Of a stretch of 64,000 bases of DNA, positions 51,416 to 61,093 are shown piece by piece. The notes under the pieces are model-generated. The model worked only from the letters and a program-made list of their open reading frames with translations, was not told the DNA's origin and made no database searches. How positions within the stretch are numbered: the stretch's first letter is position 1; every line of letters begins with the position of its first letter. A program made the position numbers and the translations under genes. This stretch comes from Candidatus Hodarchaeota archaeon (lineage in GTDB: Archaea > Asgardarchaeota > Heimdallarchaeia > Hodarchaeales > Hodarchaeaceae), in assembly GCA_029856365.1 (NCBI GenBank), contig JAHQWW010000001.1:90568-154567 (forward strand). The letters run 5' to 3'.

Positions 51416-54310
51416 ATGACTGATTACGATTTCAATCCCGTAGTTTGGGTTAGTCTAGCTTCCGTCTCAGGTTTGAGCTTGATCAGCCTTGGTAAACCAG
51501 GATTAAGAACCGACCTTGATGAGCAGGTATACACTGGCGGGTTAACTGCCGTCCAAGCGATGCTAGGCGGAGAGGTTGGGGGTGATACTGCTAGATTTGT
51601 GGGTGGAAGTCATAGTAACAGAACTGGTAGATTCCTTGTTAAAAATGAAACAGGGGAACTTGTTGGGCAATTCTTATTGATTTCTCCCAATAATCTTACT
51701 GTAGCTCCAGATTTAGTTGAATATTATGAAGAACTTGTCACAATTTTTGCTGAGGATACAATTCAAACTGAAGTATATGAACGTACACAAAGAGAATTCA
51801 GAGCATTGGGAGTTAATGATGTCTTAGATCTCTTTTTTGAGAGTATCAAGAAATCACGGAAGCGGAAATCAATCCCCATGGATAAGAATAATTTTATTTC
51901 AGCGCTCAGCCGAATTGCAGTCCAATCTATCAATGATTATGAGTACTCTGCAACTCTAGTTAAGATTTCAGAATATAAAGGCAAGTATCATGACCTTCAT
52001 TCTAAAGTACAAAATGAAAGAAATGATCTTATAACGGAATTAGCTAAGGATATGTTAGAATTCCTGACTAGTGAATATCCTCATGCTTTAGTAACGTTCC
52101 CTAAAGTTGATTCATTACAAAAAGATTTCTTAAAATATGTACGATCCGAAATAGATAATATTTTGAAACAGAACAAGGTAGATGAAGCCCTTGAAGAAAT
52201 AATTGAAGATTTTGAAAAAAATTATTTGAATAAAGTTCTAGCAGACTTCGCACTTCATGAGGTAACTAAAACAAACCTCTATGCACGTCTTGAAGATGAA
52301 GTTTTCACGAAGTTTCAACGAGAATTCCCCCTTCTTTTTCTTGTAGATCCCCAGATCAACGGATTTCTAAGTGCTATAGAGAAGCTTACTGAAAAAATCA
52401 ACGAAGAATATGATTTAGCTGGAACATTATCTCGAATTGGGCATGATATGTTAAGAGAATATGAAAAAGAGGAAATCCTTGCTATTCCTTTCATTCGACA
52501 TTTTTGTGAGCAATTTTCAACCGGATTAACCTCTACAGCGTGGAAATATATGCAAATCGTCTTTAAATTAATTACACTGGAGTCAAAGATTGAAGTGACT
52601 GATGTTCTTCCAGCTTTAGAAGGTCAAATTCCTGACTCTCACTTTTCAACAGTTCAAAAGATGATAACTAAATATAAAATCACAAAACTTGATCCCTTAT
52701 CTTTTTCGGTAAAAAAAGCAACCGACATATTACCATTTTATAGAGCTTTGTTTTCTTCTTTAGGTTATGGGATTAATTCTTTAATATGTCAAGTTGCTCT
52801 TGGAGAGGAAAATCCAGATAATTATCTCAATCATACTATTAGGAATTTTCACAAATTTAGTACTCAAATTCTTCATATTTTTGCATTATTTTCAATCTAT
52901 TCTTACCTAGAAAAAGTAGGTGAACGTTTAGACTTCAATTTAGTTTATCCAAAACCAGAAATATTTGGGAAAGATGTAGATATTGCCACGATAAATGTAC
53001 AATCTTTAATCGCGGCTTTTATCAAAGCTAATACTGAATATCTTCAGAAAGAACATCAATTGGTAAAACATCGTTTGGAAGAATTTCAAGAAGCCTTTGA
53101 TAAACGAATAAAGGATATTAACAAATTCTTATCACGTAATCCTATTGATATCTCAAAAGGATATTCTCTGGATCTTAAAGAGATAAAATTATTTCATTTC
53201 TCGACCAAATCCGTTAGTAGTGTTGAATCAATTCTCGAAAAGGCTCAAGATGAATATAGGAAGATAATAGAGAGAATTGAACCAGATTTGAATAAAGCAA
53301 AGGATGCTGCCCAGCAGTTTGTCGATGGCCAAATCACTGAAAAGAATCTTGATTTAGTTCTTAGAAAACGTGGTTTTCTTGAAAAAACTCGAGATAATTT
53401 TCAAAAATTCCTTCAGAAAATCCATGAATCAATAGATAAAAGCTATTCTGGACTTCCTGGAGATGTTGAGAAAAGTCTTAACAAATTTGAAAAAGAATTT
53501 ACCAAACAATTTTCTCAGGCTTGTCCTTTCCTGAATATTGACCAAAAAGCATTTATAAAAGGTGATCAACAGTTTCTACAGGATCCATCCTCCAAGATTA
53601 GCAGAATCCAAGATTCAATCAAACAGATAATTTCAAAAGAAGAAGTCATTTCTTGGGAAAACTTGGGAATGTATTATTTTAGTTCTAAAAATCGGTCGTT
53701 ACCAACCAATCTTCAATTAGATGTTTCGAATTCCTTAGTTTATAAGAAGTCATACCCCTTTTTGAAAGAAGCAATGGAAGTCTTGAAATCCAATCCACGT
53801 CAGGATATTTATAGAAGTTATACAGAAGTTCTAGAAGGTTACACTAAAGCGATAGTTGCTCAACTTTTCCATGAAACAGGAAATATCATCGACAAAGAGT
53901 ACCTGAAGACAGACCTTGACATATTTTTCATAGAAAGAGACAAAAAACCTATACCAACCATTGAAATGGGAGTTCTCACGAATACTGATGCCATGAACTC
54001 TCTACGAGGTATTTTAGGATCAAAAATTGCTGTTGAGTCAGAAGAACGGGAAGAGATCACTTTTTTCCATATTTCCGCAGTAATACCAGACTTTGGTTGT
54101 GATTATACGGAATTAAAGAATGTATGGAAAAAAAGAAAAAAGGAATGGACTCTACGTAAAGTGTTACTACTCTTAAGTTGGCGTTCTCTCCTAAATTCTA
54201 ACACTTTTTACATGAATTTATTAAGATATTCAAGTGGGTTTTACTCAACTCGAGTTAAAGATTCATTAGAGGATATCTTACAAGAAATCGAAAAAGCAAT
54301 TGTCTCCTGA
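51416..54310 (+). CDS. Large helical protein with an N-terminal longin-like domain
   Basis: SGLSLISL...DEQVYTGGLTAVQAMLGGE resembles the Asgard longin helix; the rest is helical/coiled; probable start ATG 51416 (ORF track 51362). Confidence 0.55.
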   Translation: MTDYDFNPVVWVSLASVSGLSLISLGKPGLRTDLDEQVYTGGLTAVQAMLGGEVGGDTARFVGGSHSNRTGRFLVKNETGELVGQFLLISPNNLTVAPDLVEYYEELVTIFAEDTIQTEVYERTQREFRALGVNDVLDLFFESIKKSRKRKSIPMDKNNFISALSRIAVQSINDYEYSATLVKISEYKGKYHDLHSKVQNERNDLITELAKDMLEFLTSEYPHALVTFPKVDSLQKDFLKYVRSEIDNILKQNKVDEALEEIIEDFEKNYLNKVLADFALHEVTKTNLYARLEDEVFTKFQREFPLLFLVDPQINGFLSAIEKLTEKINEEYDLAGTLSRIGHDMLREYEKEEILAIPFIRHFCEQFSTGLTSTAWKYMQIVFKLITLESKIEVTDVLPALEGQIPDSHFSTVQKMITKYKITKLDPLSFSVKKATDILPFYRALFSSLGYGINSLICQVALGEENPDNYLNHTIRNFHKFSTQILHIFALFSIYSYLEKVGERLDFNLVYPKPEIFGKDVDIATINVQSLIAAFIKANTEYLQKEHQLVKHRLEEFQEAFDKRIKDINKFLSRNPIDISKGYSLDLKEIKLFHFSTKSVSSVESILEKAQDEYRKIIERIEPDLNKAKDAAQQFVDGQITEKNLDLVLRKRGFLEKTRDNFQKFLQKIHESIDKSYSGLPGDVEKSLNKFEKEFTKQFSQACPFLNIDQKAFIKGDQQFLQDPSSKISRIQDSIKQIISKEEVISWENLGMYYFSSKNRSLPTNLQLDVSNSLVYKKSYPFLKEAMEVLKSNPRQDIYRSYTEVLEGYTKAIVAQLFHETGNIIDKEYLKTDLDIFFIERDKKPIPTIEMGVLTNTDAMNSLRGILGSKIAVESEEREEITFFHISAVIPDFGCDYTELKNVWKKRKKEWTLRKVLLLLSWRSLLNSNTFYMNLLRYSSGFYSTRVKDSLEDILQEIEKAIVS

Positions 54311-54334
54311 ATAATATCTAGGAATACCTAGACC

Positions 54335-54964
54335 ATGGCTTTTCCTAATGAGCTATCTGAAGACACAAAAGTTTACTCACCTCAAGAAGATACCTGGTTT
54401 CTCACAGATATTTTAGAATCTCAATTTATGCAACCGTTGAATCAGCTTCGTCCATTATTGGTGTGTGAGATAGGAGTGGGTAGTGGTTTTATTTCTATCT
54501 ATTTAGCTAAGAAATTTCCTCAGAATCATTTCATAGGAACTGATCTTTCTCCCCATTCCGCTATTTACTGTTATAAGATCATGTCTAAGCAACTTAAACA
54601 CAATCAATTTGATGTAATGTCAATGAATCTTCTTCGTGGACTTAATCCATTAGCATTTCATCCTGATATTATATTTTTCAATCCACCTTATGTAAGAACA
54701 AGTGAGGAAGAAATGAAGAAGGGATTCTTTGAAAGATCCTGGGCCGGTGGCCCTAGTGGGATAGTAGTAATTCAAGAGTTTCTTGAAGACCTATCAAGGT
54801 TCTCTTTCGGAAATGCATTCTTTCTTTCATCTATTCATAACAAAAACGAATTATTAGAGAAAGGCTTTCATGAGATTTTTGAGTTTCAAGTTATTGCCAA
54901 AAGAAAGATAGAGGATGAGAAACTCCTTTGTTATAAGGTTTGGCTTAAGAAAAACTCAAGATAA
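54335..54964 (+). CDS. HemK2/Mtq2-like protein-glutamine methyltransferase
   Basis: VYSPQEDT, EIGVGSG, FNPPY, WAGG. Confidence 0.88.
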   Translation: MAFPNELSEDTKVYSPQEDTWFLTDILESQFMQPLNQLRPLLVCEIGVGSGFISIYLAKKFPQNHFIGTDLSPHSAIYCYKIMSKQLKHNQFDVMSMNLLRGLNPLAFHPDIIFFNPPYVRTSEEEMKKGFFERSWAGGPSGIVVIQEFLEDLSRFSFGNAFFLSSIHNKNELLEKGFHEIFEFQVIAKRKIEDEKLLCYKVWLKKNSR

Positions 54965-55684
54965 ATTGGAATCAATATGATCAAGAAAATCAACTATATT
55001 TTTCAACGATTTTTCGGGATCCTCTAAATATAGTAGTAAACGGTCATTTTCTTGTGTGGGTTGATCAAGAGGGAAAATCTTATTTTTAGAGTCTTCTCTT
55101 AAAATGTTAAGGACGCGAACATCAGGAATCTTAAGATCGTCAACAGGCTTGAATAGTTTGCTTTTAGGAACAGGAATAGAAATAACTGGTGGTTTGGCTA
55201 ATGGGAGTTTCATATGTTGATATAATCCATTGACAATCTGCTTTATATTATCTACAATAATGATTTGACCCTGCTTTTGACCAGAAAGATACTGAACAAA
55301 AGGAGGAGCAAATTGTGCCAATAAGATAACCTTTAATCCCTCATTATCTGAAACAAAAGACATGATATTTTGAATAATAAGAGGATCCTCATGAAGTATT
55401 ATGACTTTTTCCGCATTCTGAAAACCTATTGTTTCATAAAGGTTTCTCTTAGCATACTCCTCCCTTTGTTCCTCGTAGAGGATATTTATTTCTTCTTTAA
55501 CTTCCTCTATCCAGTTTAATTTCTTATCTGAAATTAAAGCTAATTTACTTTGAGCACCAATTTGGATTAATTGGTCAATGAAGGCTTCTGCAAAGATATT
55601 GCTTCCAAATACAAAAATATTATTTTGTTGTTCTACAGCTTTTTCTGCAAATTTACGAATTCGACGTCTTTTAAAAAATCCCAT
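54956..55684 (-). CDS. Soluble RCK (TrkA-N/C-like) domain protein
   Basis: Paralogous to the cytosolic part of the upstream gene (VFG, NLYxxIGFxNA, ILLxQxAP); RCK-C-like end. Confidence 0.6.
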   Translation of the reverse strand: MGFFKRRRIRKFAEKAVEQQNNIFVFGSNIFAEAFIDQLIQIGAQSKLALISDKKLNWIEEVKEEINILYEEQREEYAKRNLYETIGFQNAEKVIILHEDPLIIQNIMSFVSDNEGLKVILLAQFAPPFVQYLSGQKQGQIIIVDNIKQIVNGLYQHMKLPLAKPPVISIPVPKSKLFKPVDDLKIPDVRVLNILREDSKNKIFPLDQPTQENDRLLLYLEDPEKSLKNIVDFLDHIDSNLS

Positions 55685-56986
55685 TTAATCTACCTCCTCA
55701 TCAGGAGTTGTTGAATCATAAATCATTGTATCTTTAACCATTGGAATGTCTAATGTAGGTATCTCAATTTCTGTTTCTGGAATTTTAATATCATTAATTT
55801 CTTTCTTCTCCTTCTTTTTTTTAGGTTTTTTAGGTATTAATGGTAACTCAGTGACAACTCTATTAGTAAGTTTCATGAAGTAATTAGAAAAGAAATAAAT
55901 GATCACACGATCTCCAAGTTTCATTTTCTCTTCTGGAGGTAAAATTTCCTTTTCTCGACGAATGAGTAGAATTTTTTGCTTGACAAGATCCGAACTCATG
56001 GCTATTCCTGTAGAACCAACATAGGTTCGTGGAACGTCTATTTCAACTGTTGGAGGATAATCAAAATCCATACTAAGGGAGTGAACTAATCCTTGAATAG
56101 TAGCATCTAGATCCTCGATGACTATGAGGTTTTCATCTTGAACAAGGTCACTGAAAACGAAAGCAGGGGCATATTGTGAGAGAAGGATTATTTCAACGTC
56201 TGGTCGAACGCGTCTGATGTTTGTTAAAATATTTTGGTTTAATTCTATGCTTTCGGTAAGAATCATGATACGACTGGCATTTTTAAAGCCTATGATATCA
56301 TAAAGATTTGGTTTTTCGAATTCCAATTGATTCTCAACAACATATTTGTCAATTCCCACTAGACTGCGTATCCAGAGTAGATCAACATCAGCAATTAATG
56401 ACACTCTTTCTTCATAACCATATTGGTAAATCATTTCAAACAAGAATTGTTCAGCTGGTCGTGAGGTACCAAAGACATAGGTTACATCTTTCCTTGTATT
56501 AACTTTGTCTCGATACTTTGCTATCGGTGATTTAATCATTGCTCGGATGAGTATAGTTACAGTACCGATGATCCCAGCACCATAACGTACTGTTGTTTCG
56601 TTAAAGATTGAATTCAATAGACTAATATGCAAGCCTGGATTCCCTGGGTCGGAGCTTCCCAACCAACCTTCCCAGGCAGATCCTCCCCATGCATTCCAGG
56701 GATCTCCAGGGATGAACCAAAGTGTTAGAGGTAATCCCCAAATCACAAGAATTAGTAAAAATGCGATAATAATACCAATCCAGAAGAAAAGAAGGAATAA
56801 GTCTTGAAGAGGTATATAATATTTTATTTCTCTAAAGACAATTCGAAGGACAAGCTTTGCATTAGCTCTAGCTGCAGTTAAATTAAACTTTATTTGACGC
56901 ATATTGTCTCTGAAGGTTCTTTTATGACCTTTTTTCTTATCTTTCTTCTTTTTCTTACCTTTTTTTGATTCAGGGGTTTGACTCAA
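55685..56986 (-). CDS. Membrane protein with about 2 TM helices and RCK-N/RCK-C domains (putative ion channel)
   Basis: TM1, W/G-rich loop with DPGN, TM2, then VFGT...FKNASRIMILT...ILLIRRE...MKLGDRVII. Confidence 0.6.
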   Translation of the reverse strand: MSQTPESKKGKKKKKDKKKGHKRTFRDNMRQIKFNLTAARANAKLVLRIVFREIKYYIPLQDLFLLFFWIGIIIAFLLILVIWGLPLTLWFIPGDPWNAWGGSAWEGWLGSSDPGNPGLHISLLNSIFNETTVRYGAGIIGTVTILIRAMIKSPIAKYRDKVNTRKDVTYVFGTSRPAEQFLFEMIYQYGYEERVSLIADVDLLWIRSLVGIDKYVVENQLEFEKPNLYDIIGFKNASRIMILTESIELNQNILTNIRRVRPDVEIILLSQYAPAFVFSDLVQDENLIVIEDLDATIQGLVHSLSMDFDYPPTVEIDVPRTYVGSTGIAMSSDLVKQKILLIRREKEILPPEEKMKLGDRVIIYFFSNYFMKLTNRVVTELPLIPKKPKKKKEKKEINDIKIPETEIEIPTLDIPMVKDTMIYDSTTPDEEVD

Positions 56987-57178
56987 TCAATGTCACCAAA
57001 TTATCACTTGTTCTTAGCTGAAGGATGTGTTATGCTTGTATAATTGGTTTTCAATACCAATCTCTTCACAATGATCTGAAGTAGTCTAGCAACTATACTT
57101 GTTAAAAAATTGTTGGTACTAAGTCTAGAACCTGTATTAAAACAGTACTTTTTAGAAAATACGCCTGATTACTTAATC

Positions 57179-57358
57179 TTAGTCAACTTCTGCTAAAGAA
57201 GCTGGTGTACTACCCGCTTTCCAGTTTAATTCTCGTTTGAGTAAGTCTCGAATAGCCATCCTGATGGCTTCAGATCGCGAGCTATATACCCCTGCTCGAA
57301 CTAACTCGTCTAGCCCTTCCAAATATGTACTGGGTGCCTTAAATGAAATTAGCTTCAT
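57179..57358 (-). CDS. Ribbon-helix-helix transcription factor, CdrS/aCcr1-like (59 aa), not in the ORF track
   Basis: MKLISFKAPSTYLEGLDELVRAGVYSSRSEAIRMAIRDLLKRE...; strong archaeal RHH pattern. Confidence 0.88.
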   Translation of the reverse strand: MKLISFKAPSTYLEGLDELVRAGVYSSRSEAIRMAIRDLLKRELNWKAGSTPASLAEVD

Positions 57359-57671
57359 TTTAACAACACTCTTTAATCAAATAATTCCCTGAAGTAAGTA
57401 TATTTCTATGTGTAGTTCGAGTTTTACCATAAACTTGTATTAAGTTTAAATTCCTTTGGCTTTTATAAGGAAACGACTAACTGTCAAAAAGAAATAATTT
57501 AATGCTTTTTTCCGTAGGAGTTGGCAAAATAATTATCATGACTATTATAATTAGAACATAGATGACAGTATGATAGCTATCATAGTTATTTCGTTAGTTG
57601 AAAGAAAAAATAATGGGTATGAAAAAGACAAATGCTTTAAATGGATTGATAGCTCTTCATAGACAAGGTGT

Positions 57672-58079
57672 TTGCTTATGACAAATTCTTTCAATGAAGT
57701 TGCTGAACAAGTAACAGAAATCCAAGAGAATCTCAAACAGGCCGTAAATATCGTAAAAGAGGTACCAGCTAAAATTAATCAGTTGCTTGAAGAGAAAAAA
57801 GCTTTAGAAGAGAGAACTGAAGAAATTAACAGGGTTAATACTGATCTTAAGAATAAAGTTTCAACACTTGAGAACAGACTTGCTAATCAACAAACTGATT
57901 TTGAGAAAAAGATAGAATCAAGCGAAAATAAGATTATCTCTTTACAACGCGAGCTTGATCTTGCTAAGGATGATATTAAAAAGCTTAAAGATCAATTAGG
58001 AGAAAAAGATGAACGAATCAAAATACTTGAGTCGCAAAAAAAAGAGTTAACGGACTCATTGAGACAAATCTCCAGTTAA
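57672..58079 (+). CDS. Coiled-coil hypothetical protein
   Basis: Continuous heptad pattern, E/K/Q/L-rich. Confidence 0.75.
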   Translation: MLMTNSFNEVAEQVTEIQENLKQAVNIVKEVPAKINQLLEEKKALEERTEEINRVNTDLKNKVSTLENRLANQQTDFEKKIESSENKIISLQRELDLAKDDIKKLKDQLGEKDERIKILESQKKELTDSLRQISS

Positions 58080-58091
58080 ATCCTCGAAAAC

Positions 58092-58850
58092 TTGAAAAGG
58101 GAGTCTAAAAATGTGAAAGTGGCCTTTATTTCAGATATACATGGAAATTTAGAAGCGCTTTCAAATGTTTTTCAAGATATAGATAATAAAAATGATATTG
58201 AATTAATCTGCTGCACAGGAGATATTGTTGGCTATTATCCTCATCCTTTAGAATGTATTGACCTTATTAAGAAGCGATGTAATCATATTATTAAGGGGAA
58301 TCATGATGAAGTTGTCACTAACAAGGATTTCGAAAAACAGAAAGCATGGTTTAATGCAATAGCCGCGGATGCTTTAACTTGGACTAGAAAACAGATTTTA
58401 AACTCCAGTTCTGCTTCTCATTTTCATTTTCTTGAATCTTTACCTATTAGTAAAGAGATTATAATCGAAGAAAGAAAAGTTCTAATTGCTCATGGAACAC
58501 CCGAAGAAAAATGGGAGTATTTTCTATATCCTTTTTGGCTTGGCGAGCCTCTTCCTGAACAAAAAGTAAGGCTAAATAGATGGTTGAAAAAATGGGAACT
58601 TGTTGTGATAGGCCATACACATCAACCCTTCATCTATAGGTTTCGTAAAAAAGTTGTTTTAAATCCTGGAAGCGTAGGCCAACCCCGAGATGGTAACCCA
58701 AAGGCAAGCTATGCAATAGCTGATATTACTAAATTAAAAATTCATGTTGAAATCATCCGCCTTGATTACAATATCAAAAAAACCTGTGAGGCTCTTATCA
58801 AAGCAAATTTACATGAATACCTTTGTTTAAGGTTATTGACAGGAAATTAA
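58092..58850 (+). CDS. Metallophosphoesterase (YfcE/MJ0912-like)
   Basis: SDIHGN, GDIVGY, GNHD, HGTP, GHTH, NPGSVGQPRDG. Confidence 0.92.
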   Translation: MKRESKNVKVAFISDIHGNLEALSNVFQDIDNKNDIELICCTGDIVGYYPHPLECIDLIKKRCNHIIKGNHDEVVTNKDFEKQKAWFNAIAADALTWTRKQILNSSSASHFHFLESLPISKEIIIEERKVLIAHGTPEEKWEYFLYPFWLGEPLPEQKVRLNRWLKKWELVVIGHTHQPFIYRFRKKVVLNPGSVGQPRDGNPKASYAIADITKLKIHVEIIRLDYNIKKTCEALIKANLHEYLCLRLLTGN

Positions 58851-59111
58851 GTGATTTCAAGATTTTTTTAGTCTTTACAAAATATCTTTTATATCGAATA
58901 TGGAATTAGAGAGGCTTCGCTTCTTTGATGTGCAAACAAAAAATACAAAATTGAGTAAATTGTGTCTGAAAGAGGTTATTTCTTTAGAAAAAACTTAAAA
59001 GTCATTTTGTTGAAATTTTTACATAATAAAGTTGAATTTCTTTGCTTTACATTCATCACATAATGAATTTTTACTAAATTTTTCTAGAATAGGATCTTTT
59101 GGTGTTAAATT

Positions 59112-61073
59112 TTGTCTGGAGAATATGATGCAAGTAGTATACAGGTCCTAGAAGGACTTGAGGCGGTTCGTCGTCGTCCTGCGATGTACATCGGTAGTAT
59201 TGATGAGAATGGGCTACATCACTTAGTATGGGAAATTGTGGATAATTCAATCGATGAGGCAATGGCTGGGGTATGTGATAAGATAAATGTCATACTAGGA
59301 CAGACAGAACATGGATTTGAGTCAGTCACTATTCAAGATAATGGCCGCGGGATTCCAACAGAGCCCCATCCCCATTATAATATGTCATCCTTAGAGCTTG
59401 TGACAACACGATTACATTCAGGGGGGAAATTCGATCATTCTTCCTATAAAGTAAGTGGTGGTCTACATGGTGTCGGAATTGCTGTTGTAAATGCGATATC
59501 CAGTTGGATGCAAGTAAAAGTTAGAAGAAATGGGGGTCCAATTTTAATGCAAGAATACGTTCGTGGAGAAACCATTTCTCACGGACTGATTGAAGTAGAA
59601 GAAGTGTGGGAGGATAAAAGCGGGACTCACACAACTTTTATTCCAGATTATGAGATATTTGAAACAGTTCATTTTAACATTATAACGATTAAAAATCGAC
59701 TACGTGAGCTTGCTTTTTTGAATAAGGGTTTGACGATTACTTTAATCGATAATCGCAAGCAAAAAGAGGATCTCAAACTTGATGAAGAGAAAGAAAATGT
59801 TTGGATTTTCCATTATAATGGCGGAATTCAAGCATATATTGAACAATTGGCAACAAATCGCACACATGATGACATCCCCTATTTTGATGAAACAATAGAA
59901 AAAACTCAAGTTGAAGTGGCTCTAGCTTATGATAAATCAGAACGAGACCTAATTTATACATTTACTAATAACATCAACACTCGTCACGGAGGAACACATC
60001 TTTCAGGATTTAAATCCGGCTTAACTAGAGCAATCAATGCTTATGTTCAGAAGAATGAACACTTAGTTAGGAATATCCATTTGAAAAAAGGATTAAAGGA
60101 GAAGCGTTCAATTTTCAGTGGGAACGATGTTCGAGAGGGATTAATTGCTGTTGTTTCTGTAAAAGTAATGAATCCACAGTTTGAAGGGCAAACAAAAAGT
60201 AAATTGGGCAATAGCGAAGTAAAAGGAATAGTTGAACGTTGTTGTTATGAAAACATTCTGAAATTTCTTGAAGAACATCCTGAAAGTGCCAAAGAAATTA
60301 TCGAAAAATGTGAACTGGCAGCAACTATTCGAATGAAATTTAGGCAAATCCGTGAAGCAGTAAAAAAGACTCAAGCTAAAGGAACAGGAAAGCTTATCGA
60401 TTGTACCGAAACAGATCCCTCCAAACGTGAACTGTTCCTAGTGGAGGGGAATTCTGCGGGAGGTACAGCTATAGAAGGGCGTTTCAGTGAGTTTCAAGCA
60501 ATTCTTCCTTTACGAGGGAAGGTAATAAATGTAGAGAAAGCGAGATTAGAGAAAGCCATGCGCAATAAAGAGATTCTCGAGATAATTAGGGCAATTGGCG
60601 CTGGATATAAGGAAAATTTCCAGATCGAAAAGGTTCGTTACCATAAAGTTATTCTATTAATGGATGCAGATATTGATGGTCATCATATTGTTTGCTTACT
60701 CCTTACCTTCTTTTTTCGTTATATGCCTGAATTAATTGATGAAGGTTATCTTTATATAGCCCAACCACCACTATATCGTATAAAAAAGGGAAATAATGAA
60801 AAATATGTTATTTCTGATCAGGAACGAGACAAATTAGTAGAGGAGTGGGGAAAAAATGTTGAGATTAGCCGTTTTAAAGGTTTAGGGGAAATGAATCCAA
60901 TTCAATTGCAAGATACTGTAATGGATCCTTCTCAACGTACCTTATTACAAGTTACTCGGATTAATATTATTGAAGCTGAACGCATTTTTAACACGTTGAT
61001 GGGTGATGAAGTAGGCCCTCGTCGTGAATTTATTGAAACACATGCTTTAGAAGTTGAAAACTTAGATATTTAA
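59112..61073 (+). CDS. gyrB: DNA gyrase subunit B
   Basis: GLEAVRRRPAMYIG, EIVDNSIDE, SGGLHGVG, EGNSAGG, PLRGK, DADIDG, RFKGLGEM. Confidence 0.97.
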   Translation: MSGEYDASSIQVLEGLEAVRRRPAMYIGSIDENGLHHLVWEIVDNSIDEAMAGVCDKINVILGQTEHGFESVTIQDNGRGIPTEPHPHYNMSSLELVTTRLHSGGKFDHSSYKVSGGLHGVGIAVVNAISSWMQVKVRRNGGPILMQEYVRGETISHGLIEVEEVWEDKSGTHTTFIPDYEIFETVHFNIITIKNRLRELAFLNKGLTITLIDNRKQKEDLKLDEEKENVWIFHYNGGIQAYIEQLATNRTHDDIPYFDETIEKTQVEVALAYDKSERDLIYTFTNNINTRHGGTHLSGFKSGLTRAINAYVQKNEHLVRNIHLKKGLKEKRSIFSGNDVREGLIAVVSVKVMNPQFEGQTKSKLGNSEVKGIVERCCYENILKFLEEHPESAKEIIEKCELAATIRMKFRQIREAVKKTQAKGTGKLIDCTETDPSKRELFLVEGNSAGGTAIEGRFSEFQAILPLRGKVINVEKARLEKAMRNKEILEIIRAIGAGYKENFQIEKVRYHKVILLMDADIDGHHIVCLLLTFFFRYMPELIDEGYLYIAQPPLYRIKKGNNEKYVISDQERDKLVEEWGKNVEISRFKGLGEMNPIQLQDTVMDPSQRTLLQVTRINIIEAERIFNTLMGDEVGPRREFIETHALEVENLDI

Positions 61074-61093
61074 CCAAGGAATGTTGGATAATA

